Source: Eledone cirrhosa | Taxonomy: Eukaryota | Assembly (NCBI GenBank): GCA_964016885.1 | Contig: OZ024743.1 | Location: forward strand, 149,110,001 to 149,174,000 | DNA length: 64,000 nt | Direction of reading: 5' to 3' | Shown: in pieces, positions 54,001 to 62,521 of the stretch | Position numbering within the stretch: position 1 is the first letter of the stretch | Layout of the letters: every line of letters begins with the position of its first letter | Program-made: the position numbers and the translations under genes | The notes under the pieces: model-generated | The model's input: the letters and a program-made list of their open reading frames with translations, nothing else | Told to the model about the DNA's origin: nothing | Databases searched by the model: none

Positions 54001-54740
54001 AACACCACCACCACCAGTAACATCACCTCAACTACCAACACCACCAGTAACATCACCTCAACTACCACCACCACCAGTAACATCACCTCAACTACCCCCA
54101 CCACCAGTAACAACATCACCCCAACTACCACCACCACCAGTAACATCACCTCAACCACCACCACCACCAGTAACAACATCACCTCAACTACCACCACCAC
54201 CAGTAACATCACCTCAATCACCACCACCACCAGTAACATCACCTCAACTACCACCACCACCAGTAACACCATCTCAACTACCACCACCAGTAACATCACC
54301 TCAACTACCACCACCACCAGTAACATCACCTCAACTACCACCACCGCCAGTAACATCACCTCAACCACCACCACCAGTAACATCACCTCAACCACCACCA
54401 CCAGTAATATCACCTCAACTACCACGTTAACCAGTAACATCACCCCAACTACCACCACCACCCCTAGTAACATCACCTCAACCACCACCACCACCACCAG
54501 TAACATCACCCCAACTACCACCACCACCAGTAACATCACCTCAACTACCACCACCACCAGTAACAACATCACCTTAACCACCACCATCACCAGTAACATC
54601 GCCTCAACCACCACCACCACCAGTAACATCACCCCAAATACCACCACCACCAGTAACATCACCTCAACTACCACCACCACCAGTAACAACACCTCAACTA
54701 CCACCACCACCAGTAACATCACCTCAACTACCACCACCAC
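1..54740. repeat. Giant 30-bp minisatellite/satellite array, consensus AGTAACATCACCTCAACTACCACCACCACC, about 1,800 units, open at the left window edge
   Basis: The unit is directly visible throughout. Length variants are mostly +/- ACC or + AAC triplets (24-36 bp units). Recurrent substitutions include TCA>CCA/TTA, ACT>ACC and ATC>AAC. Unit composition is 14C/11A/4T/1G. The last recognisable unit ends at about 54740. Confidence 0.99.
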
Positions 54741-54910
54741 TAATAACAATATCATCATAACTACTACCTCTATTGACAACACCACCACCACCACCACCAC
54801 CACCACCACAACATAACCACCACAACATCATCAAAGCCAACAACGACAGGATTCCTGCCAACAACAACACCAACAATAACAGCAACAACATGACTATCAA
54901 CAACAACAAA
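54741..54910. repeat. (AAC/ACC/ATC) low-complexity transition zone including a pure (ACC)9 run
   Basis: aataacaatatcatcataactactacc..., (ACC)9 at 54781-54807, then AAC-rich sequence; in triplet phase with the array. Confidence 0.9.
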
Positions 54911-54946
54911 ACTATATTTACCTTTAAACATTGATAAAAAAATAAT

Positions 54947-55132
54947 TGTTTCTACTTTAGGCACAAGGCCAGCAATTACCCAGTGTATTACTGGTACTTT
55001 ATTTTATCGACCCCGTAAGGATGAAAGGCTAAGTCAACCTCGGCGGGATTTGAACTCAGAATGGCAAGGGCCGTAGCTCTATGCGTCAAAGCATGGCGTC
55101 CGACCCTCTACCGATACTGCTAATCCACCGCC
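54947..55132 (-). mobile_element. Full-length tRNA-derived SINE, copy 1, with 17-bp target-site duplication
   Basis: The minus strand reads GGCGGTGGATTAGCAGTATCGG (A-box-like) ... GAGTTCAAATCC (B-box) ... GCCTTTCATCCTTACGGGGTCGATAAAATAAAAGTACCAG ... GGCCTTGTGCCTAAAGTAGAAAC. TSD ATTGATAAAAAAATAAT at 54930-54946 and 55133-55149. Three homologous copies occur in the window. Confidence 0.92.
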
Positions 55133-55149
55133 ATTGATAAAAAAATAAT

Positions 55150-55274
55150 AATAATTGTTTCTACTTTTGGCACAAGGCCAGCAATTTTCCCAACTCATTA
55201 CTGGTGCTTTATTCTATCAACTCTGTAAGGATGAAAGGCAAAGTTAACCTCAGTGGGATTTGAACTCAGAATGT
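55150..55274 (-). mobile_element. 5'-truncated SINE, copy 2 (same family)
   Basis: ttgtttctacttttggcacaaggccagcaatt...aaggatgaaaggcaaagttaacctcagtgggatttgaactcagaatg aligns by eye to copy 1; homology stops just past the B-box. Confidence 0.88.
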
Positions 55275-55324
55275 AAAATAAATCAAATAAATAGTAATAA
55301 AAATATTTTGAAATTATAAATTAT

Positions 55325-56010
55325 AAATACAACAATGGAAATGATAAGAAAAACAACAGCAACAGCAATATGATGAACAATTCTAACAACAACAATTAAA
55401 ACAACATCATTAAGATGTGCAATGACTAGCAATGACATTAACACTTTAGAAAATACAACAGCCACAGCAACAACAATAACAACATTGTGAAGATGTACAA
55501 TGACTAGCAACAACAACAATACAAAAAATATATTTCAGCAACAACAAGAACCACAACAACAATTACAACAACAGCAGCAGCCACCACAACAATTACAACA
55601 GCAGCAGCAGCCACCCACGATAACAACACCACAACAACAGCAGCAGCCACAATTACAATAACAGTAGTTACAATAACAGCACCACAACAACAGCAGCCAC
55701 AAAAACAACAGCAACAACAATAACAACATCATTGTTTTTGAGCAATATTAGCAACAACAATAATACCTTTAGAAAACAAAACAAAAAAAAAGAAACAGTG
55801 AGAACAACTCTAACAACAACAATAACAACTCCATCATCAAAATCAAGAATAGGAAAACTAGCAACAACAATAAATAAACAATAAAAATAAAAATAAATAA
55901 ACAATAAACAATAAAAATAAACAATAAAAAGCAACAACAACATCAACACCCCAACAACATCAACAACAACATCAACACCCCAACAACATCAACAACAAAG
56001 ACTAACAAAT
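55325..56010. repeat. (AAC)n-rich cryptic simple sequence with small internal duplications
   Basis: AAC/CAG/AAT-rich. 30-bp duplication 55551-55580/55581-55610, 29-bp duplication 55932-55960/55961-55989, 21-bp direct repeat 55412-55432/55490-55510. Confidence 0.9.
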
Positions 56011-56444
56011 TTCTGTCCAATCACTGAAATTTCAAAGTAGGATAACAGGAGAAAAAAAGATACTTTCAGAAAATCTGTACGAGTCAGTCCAAGAATTATG
56101 TTCTTTACCCATCTTTCGGCAATTTCAATTTCAACTTCGTAGTTAAACTAATATAATGCAATTAAATTATGCCTGCAGCAGTGACAGTTAGTGCATTTCT
56201 TCAATATCGACATGCAGCAGAAATACACTAACTTGATTTTAGAAAGACTCCAAACGATCCACTGCTATTAAATTCTTGTTGGTAGATTTGCAGGGTGTTA
56301 GAAAGAAGTGGAAAAAACAAAACAGGGCATACGAATGAAGAATGAAGGGGGATGCTGAGGGCACCAGCATTAGTGTCTCTACAGAAATGCTTAGTGCATA
56401 CACGCCCCCAACTTTTTATGTCTATCTATATATTGTTTGCTCTT

Positions 56445-56620
56445 TTATATGTACACACATATGCATACATACACATATGAGTGTGTGTGCATATATATAT
56501 ATTTATGTGTGTATATGCATATATATATATATATTTGTGTGTATGTACTTATATATATATATACTTTTAAACCTTTCCCCACACCACACACATACACATA
56601 AACACACTCATATATTTATA
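56445..56620. repeat. Degenerate (AT)/(AC)/(GT) compound microsatellite
   Basis: Alternating purine-pyrimidine tract: atatgtacacacatatgcatacatacac...tatatatat...cacacacatacac. Confidence 0.85.
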
Positions 56621-56623
56621 ACT

Positions 56624-56695
56624 AACGCTGACAGAGATTGAACCCAAGGTCTCTTGCATGTGAAATGAATGTTCTACCCACCTGTATTGAGCGTT
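56624..56695 (-). pseudogene. Decayed tRNA-like sequence (tRNA pseudogene or SINE head, Val-like)
   Basis: Minus strand aacgctcaatacaggtgggtagaacattcatttcacatgcaagagaccttgggttcaatctctgtcagcgtt has a D-loop-like GTGGGTAG, a B-box-like GGTTCAATC and complementary ends (aacgct/agcgtt). The arms pair poorly, so it is not an intact tRNA. Confidence 0.5.
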
Positions 56696-56967
56696 TATTC
56701 AGTTAATGTTTGAATGTTTTAAATACGAAAATAATTCAAACAGATATTTTAACATATTTAACATGTTTGTACAACTAAACTAATATGATGATGATGATAT
56801 TGGTATTTGTACAAGAGAAATAAAGCTCATTACATAACGTAGCATGTATGTACATTAGTTAATATAGCTGTGAAGTAAGATAATGATAAAAAGGCCTAGA
56901 ATGTTGTGCTTAAAGCATATGACAAGCTGAAAAAGCAATTGAGAAAATTAGAAACATTCAAAATATT

Positions 56968-57192
56968 AATAATAATAAGGGTTTCTGATTTAAGCACAAG
57001 GCCAGCAATTTTAAGAGGAGGGGGGAAATTCGATTAAATCGACCCTAGTGCATTACTGATGCTTTACTTTATCAACCCTGTAATGATGAAAGGAAAAGCC
57101 TACCTCGGCAGGATTTGAACTCATAAATGGCCGTAACTATATGCTGCAAATCATGTTGTCCAGTGCTCTACTGATACTGCCAATCCACCACC
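56968..57192 (-). mobile_element. Full-length, more diverged SINE, copy 3 (longer variant)
   Basis: Same head (rc GGTGGTGGATTGGCAGTATCAGTAGAG), B-box and core as copy 1, plus an extra segment ttaagaggagggggaaattcgattaaatcg; (AAT)n tail on the left. Confidence 0.88.
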
Positions 57193-57540
57193 CTTCTTCT
57201 TCATCTTCTTCTTCGCCTCTTATTTATGAGAAGGTGACAGGGGCAGAATCCTCAAACAATCCTTCCAGTGGAAGCAACCATTTCCAACTGATCTGACAGT
57301 ATCCCCCTCTTCGGGGTCTCAGGATACACAATCTGTGTGCATCCATCCCATGATTCCCAATTGTCTAGCAATTCTTTCCTGAGACATTCTAACCCCATGT
57401 CCATAGTATCAGAGTTGTGATCTCTCAATTCGGAGAAGTAACAGCTCTATTCTGGAGTGACTCTCTGATCTCTATCGAGTAACGTTACTCCACAAACTCT
57501 TTGGAGAAACCCCATTTTGGCCGCTTGTATTTGTGATCAT
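57193..57540 (-). mobile_element. 3' fragment of a second RTE-clade LINE family with a (GAA)n tail
   Basis: Minus-strand translation across frameshifts gives SQIQAAKMGFLQRVCGVTLLDR..IRESL.IELLLLRIERSQL*YYGHGVRMSQERIARQ, matching the RTE C-terminal pattern (AEM.FLR...R.WYGHV.RM). Tail cttcttcttcatcttcttcttc at 57193-57214. Confidence 0.8.
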
Positions 57541-57574
57541 GAATGATTCCAAATTATTGTTTATTATATAGACT

Positions 57575-57580
57575 TATATA

Positions 57581-57622
<42 letters not shown>

Positions 57623-57626
57623 TATA
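57575..57626. repeat. (TA)n microsatellite
   Basis: Near-pure TA run with two interruptions. Confidence 0.95.
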
Positions 57627-57804
57627 GAGCGGTGGATTGGTAGTATTGGTAGAGGGTCAGATGCCATGCTTTGCAGCAAAGAGCTACGGTCTGAGTTCAA
57701 ATTCCGCCAAAGTTAACTTTGCCTTTCATCCTTACGGGGTCGATAAAATAAAGTACCAGTAATACACTGGGATAATTGCTGGCCTTGTGCAAAAAGTAGA
57801 AACA
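57627..57804 (+). mobile_element. Full-length SINE, copy 4, with 17-bp target-site duplication
   Basis: gcggtggattggtagtattggtagagggtcag...gagttcaaattcc...gcctttcatccttacggggtcgataaaataaagtaccag...ggccttgtgcaaaaagtagaaac. TSD ATTATATAGACTTATAT at 57563-57579 and 57805-57821. Confidence 0.92.
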
Positions 57805-57954
57805 ATTATATAGACTTATATTATATTGTTTATTTATAATGTGATTTACATTTAAGAAGCAATAAAAACATTTGCATGTATCATTTGTGGCTGTGTATTC
57901 TAGATTTTAGAATAGGTACAGCATATCATGTAATAAAAGTTAATTAATAGAATT

Positions 57955-58060
57955 GATATCAGGAAACATATCTAGTTATAAAACACTACCTCAAACCATG
58001 TTAGCATGTGTGAGTATGGAAAAGTAGGCATAGAATGATGATGGTGATGATGATGATGAT
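57955..58060 (+). mobile_element. Highly decayed RTE 3'-tail remnant ending in (GAT)n
   Basis: atcaggaaacatatctagttataaaa...gagtatggaaaagtaggcatagaatgatgatg resembles the 3' end of the RTE at 62765-62912 (aggaagggcatccagccgtagaaaa...gtgtggaagatggacgttaaacgatgatg). Confidence 0.55.
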
Positions 58061-58260
58061 TACGATATGTACTCATGAGCACTAATATTAATATGCACAC
58101 CATCCTAGGTAAACCAGTACAGTTTGTCAAATGGCCAGGTATTTGGCAACTAAACTGACAAACCCACCAAGCTTATTTGGTGAGAAGGGTCATTTTAGTC
58201 ACCTTGTGAGGTGAATATCAAAACTACAAAAGAGCAGTGTTAACAGCCATCTTATAGTGT

Positions 58261-58832
58261 TACAGAGATTTGTCAGAAAAGTAACAGGACTTAGTGTGCT
58301 GTGTGAACCAATTGCATCACCATGGAACCTAATATCTGGAGAGTATGTAACTGCAATCTCAACCCCCTGCATCTTTTGTATGTTTTTTTTACATGCTTTT
58401 GCTAACGACTCCTCGTGATGGGCACAGAACAATGAATCAACTTGTAGTTTCTGGTCTGGCTAGGCAAAACTCCATAAGAAGCACTCAAAATACTGCAGCA
58501 AGTGTACGGAGATGAGATGATGTTGCACTCACAGATTTTCGAGAGGCACAAATGGTTGAAGATGACCTGAGGATTGGAAGGCCTTCAATGAGCAGGAGTG
58601 AGGCCAACGTTGAACTCATGAGGCAGATGGTACATGGCAATCAGCAGCTGATTGTTTGACTGACTGCAAGTGAGCTGGGCATCAACTATGACAGCATTTG
58701 GAAGATTATCACCAAAGATTTGGGCATGCAGAAGATCTGTGCAAAGATGGTGCTGAAGCTGCTAAATGTGACCAGAAGGAGCGGTGCATGCAATTGTGTC
58801 AGAACATCCTTGAGCATGTTGAAACTGAACTG
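58261..58832 (+). mobile_element. Decayed Tc1/mariner DNA transposon, 5' part (probable left TIR plus transposase HTH region)
   Basis: From the ATG at 58418: MGTEQ*INL*FLVWLGKTP*EALKILQQVYGDEMMLHSQIFERHKW / VEDDLRIGRPSMSRSEANVELMRQMV...ASELGINYDSIWKIITKDLGMQKICAKMVLKLLN / DQKERCMQLCQNILE. This has the mariner HTH, the GRP motif and a WVPxxL-equivalent linker. TIR-like TACAGAGATTTGTCAGAAAAGTAACAGGACT at 58261. Multiple stops; no DDD domain or right TIR seen. Confidence 0.85.
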
Positions 58833-59320
58833 GTGTATGTCTTCAACATGTAAGGGGCACATAATAGGGAGGTGGTACATCTTTAAATAGAAATAGAAAG
58901 TGAGTTGACTCAGTAGCAAGTTCATAACCATCACAAGAGAAAGAATGGATGCATGCATGTATCTGTTTCTATTTCAATATGTTTTATGTATGCATGTTTA
59001 TGTATGCATGTATGCATGTATGTGTGGGCTTGTATGTAGATACACACCTGTGAATACACCCACTTATTCACACACACACGTAGACATACATGCACTGAAA
59101 ATTGCATTGCTTACATATTAGAGTTTCAAATTTCACATATGTTGCTTTCAAAAGGTTTTCAATGAATTAACATCTGCTTAGCATTCTGGTATGGTTTGGA
59201 AGTGTCTGCTTTACAGCATATCACCAATTTTACCTCTCATTCCTTATATCGTCATATATGTGAGCAAGATGTGTTTTCTATAACACTCACACTTTAAAAT
59301 TCTCTGTTCCTAATCGATAC

Positions 59321-59432
59321 TTTGGTCTTTGCCATGTTGGCTGCATTTGATTCTGGAACATACTTTCAAGTTTGGTAGATTTTCTTCAGATGTTTCCATT
59401 CTTCAATACTAAGCAGATCACCAGCAAATAAT
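59321..59432 (-). mobile_element. Old RTE reverse-transcriptase fragment
   Basis: Minus strand LFAGDLLSIEEWKHLKKIYQT*KYVPESNAANMAKTK aligns with LYADDLTLIAESMAELEKKFQTWKHGLESKGLKVNLSKTK of the neighbouring RTE. The fragment may extend further on both sides. Confidence 0.6.
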
Positions 59433-59584
59433 TATATCAACAATAACCAGTTATAGGCAATGTATAGAGTTTTCCTGAACATTCAACATTACTCAGTTTT
59501 CTTCACAGAACTTGTATATATCAACACCATACTTATAGAAAGATTGAATTGCTACCATTACCCATTTCTTCAGCATCACTAAAG

Positions 59585-59588
<4 letters not shown>

Positions 59589-59625
<37 letters not shown>
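59589..59625. repeat. (AC)18 microsatellite
   Basis: Pure AC run. Confidence 0.97.
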
Positions 59626-59626
<1 letters not shown>

Positions 59627-59907
59627 CTATATATATATGTATGCATAAATAAATATATATAGAGATAGAGAGAGATAGAGAAATTAATAAATCACATGAA
59701 TATGTAAGTGAGCACTTTTATTAATTTCTATATAAATACTCCAGGAATTACCTTCATTTTACCTATGGTTGATCATCACGGAAAAACTCTAAAAAGAGAT
59801 TCATATGTTGAGTCCAAAACCATTGTGTGTTGACACGGTCATCGATTTCAAGTTACAGAAATTCAACTAATGTATGCATATATATACGCACACACACATA
59901 TATATAT

Positions 59908-62521
59908 ATTGCTGGCGACCTAAATGGTCACGTTGGACAACATTGTGATGGCTATGATGGAATCCATGGAGGCTATGGGTTTGGTACTAGAAATGAGGAG
60001 GGCACCAGAATCCTGGAATTCTGTGATGTAAATAACCTAACTGTCTGTAACACTAACTTCAAAAAATGAGACAATCACTTGATCACCTATAGATCAGGGG
60101 AACACGCCAGTCAGATAGATTACAACCTTACCAGAAGACGTGATAGAGTGTCTGCCGTAAACACTAAATCCGTCCCCCACGAAGAATGCACCTCCCAACA
60201 TAGACTCATAGTCAGCGACCTCGTAGTCAGGACAAGATGTACTCGACAACAGAGGAGGACTATCCTCAGGAGAAAAATATGGAAGCTAAAGGACCCCACA
60301 ACCAGTAATAAATTTAAAAGCATATTACTTGATGCTTTTGACAGTAAGGAAGAGCAATTAGAGTCGTACAATATAGAGGAACAGTGGGAATTCCTGAAAG
60401 CTAACCTGCTGAAGGCGGCAGATGAAATCTGTGGCTGGAGCAGGCCTATAGGCAGAAGGAGAGTAACGTGGTGGGGGAACAGTAAGGTGAAGGAGTCAAT
60501 TAAGGCCAAAAAGCAGGCTTGGAAAGTATGGCGGGATGGGGGAAGTAGAGAAGACTATCAAGTGGCCAGGAGGGAAGCTAGGAGACAAGTGTACTTCACA
60601 AGAAGGGAAGCAGAGGAAAGAAAGTTCAAGGATGTTCTACAACGCGAGGACCAAAAACGAGAGGTGTTCAGGATTGCTAGGCAATGTGTCAAGGAAAACC
60701 GTGATATTGTCGGGGAGAAGTGTGTCCTTAATGATGACGGTGTACTTGCCATCACAGACGCTGATAAGAATGTAGCTTGGAAGTGAGTGTCACTACGAAA
60801 GGCTACTAAATGAAGAGAATAAATGGGAGAAAGACAGTCTCCCCCACATCAATCCAATAGAGGGACCAGCAGTGCTAGTTGAAGGTAGTATAATAAGTAA
60901 GGCAATCAAAGATATGAAGACGAGTAAGGCGGCTGGGCCGTCGGAAATAGTTGCTGAAATGCTGAAAGCACCTGGAACGGTGGGACACACTATGGTCACC
61001 CGGATAGTAAACCAAGTCATACAGAATGGGGCCATTCCAAAGGACTGGCGTAGCAGCATCATCATTAACTGCTATAAGGGTAAAGGAGATGCTCTAGATA
61101 GGAGTAACTATAGAGGCATTAAATTAATCGACCAGGTCATGAAGGTCACAGAAAAAGTAATCAGAGAACGAATTGATCTAGATGAAATGCAGTTCGGGTT
61201 TGTGTCAGGTAAAAGTACCACATACGCTCTTTTCATTGTACGACAACTACAGGAGAAGTACCTAGCTAAAAGTAAACCCCTATACTTAGCTTTTGTTGAC
61301 TTGGAGAAAGCCTTTGACAGAGTCCCCCGCTCCGTTATCTGGTGGGCTCTTAGAAAACTAGGTGTTGATGAATGGCTTGTGAGAGCTATACAAGCCATGT
61401 ATAAAGAAACAGTCAGCAAGGTTAGAATTAACAACGAATATTGTGAAGAGTTTAGCGTAAAAGTTTGTGTTCATCAGGGCTCCGTCCTTAGCCCCCTACT
61501 ATTTATTATTGCCCTTCAGGTTATAACAGAGGAGTTCAAGACCGGCTGCGCATGAGAACTCCTATATGCAGATGATCTAACGCTCATAGCTGAATCAATG
61601 GCTGAACTAGAGAAGAAATTCCAAACATGGAAGCATGGCCTAGAATCAAAAGGCCTTAAAGTTAACTTGTCTAAAACTAAAGTTCTAATATGTAGGAAGG
61701 AAAATAGGGCACTGGTCCCATCTGGGAAATGGCCATGCTCAGTGTGTAGGAAAGGAGTAGGCAGAAACTCCATTTTATGTCCCAAATGTGAAGTATGGGT
61801 GCATAAAAGATGTAGTGGGATCACAGGTAAGCTAACTAAGAATATAGATTTTATATGTGGCCGGTGCTCTGGTGCAATAAGTAGCAGCAAGTGCCCACAG
61901 AATACTAGCTCATTCCATTGCACAGATGATTCTATAGAAATAGTGGACACCTTCCGTTACCTGGGTGACAAAATCAGCAGTGGGGGAGGGTTCTCTGAAA
62001 GTACAGTAGTTAGAGTCAGAACGGGATGGAAAAAGTTCAGAGAGCTTATACCTCTATTGGCCGCTAAAGGGTTCTCTCTAAAAATGAAAGGCAGGCTGTA
62101 TGATGCCTGCATACGCACAGCAATGTTACATGGCAGTGAGACCTGGGCATTGTGTGTAGGGGATATATGCAGACTGGAGAGGAACGAAGCTTGCATGCTC
62201 CGCTGGATGTGTAATAGTAATATACGTGAACGGCAAAGCATAAATGAACTAAGGGAGAAATTAGGAATAAGAGGGATCAGATGCTGTTTACTCGAGAGAA
62301 GACTACATTAGTACGGTCACGTGATGCGCATGAAAGACGACAGCTGTATAAAAAAGTGCAGGGCGATAAAAATAGACGGTAACCACGGAGTAGGCAGACC
62401 CAGAAAAACCTGGGATGACTTGATAAATTCCGACCTCACACACTTACACCTCTCCAAGACAATGTCACTGGACCGAGATCTTTGGCGCTACACAGTTATA
62501 CAGAAGACCCGCCTTGCCTAA
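59908..62521 (+). pseudogene. Disrupted RTE ORF (partial endonuclease + reverse transcriptase + PHD finger)
   Basis: Five ORF-track pieces join into one frame given nonsense codons at 60067-60069, 61553-61555 and 62309-62311 and one frameshifting insertion at about 60784-60787. Natural stop TAA at 62519-62521. Confidence 0.93.

Noticed and set aside
1-54740. CRISPR-like or other prokaryotic repeat system
   Set aside because: Units are contiguous with no unique spacers, there are no cas or other prokaryotic genes, and the flank is clearly animal (SINEs, LINEs, microsatellites).
1-54740. Chi-like ACTGGTGG on the minus strand of each unit
   Set aside because: One mismatch from E. coli Chi (GCTGGTGG), an inevitable by-product of (GGT)n, and not meaningful in an animal genome.
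1634-54809. Very long minus-strand ORFs (VVVVVEVMLL)n, up to 2227 aa
   Set aside because: The unit has no stop in this frame, so the ORFs are automatic. A poly-Val/Leu/Met product of this size is implausible, and ORF ends coincide with random unit mutations.
54724-56641. Short ORFs rich in L/V/C/W or Y/I/H, and a poly-Gln stretch after tttcag at 55538
   Set aside because: These are translations of AAC/CAG and AT/AC simple repeats. The poly-Q frame hits a stop within about 40 codons and has no domain.
56624-56695. Functional tRNA gene
   Set aside because: The anticodon and T arms do not pair properly; kept only as a decayed tRNA-like sequence.
60120-62241. Minus-strand ORFs overlapping the RTE
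   Set aside because: Antisense shadows of the RTE coding region with no independent motifs.
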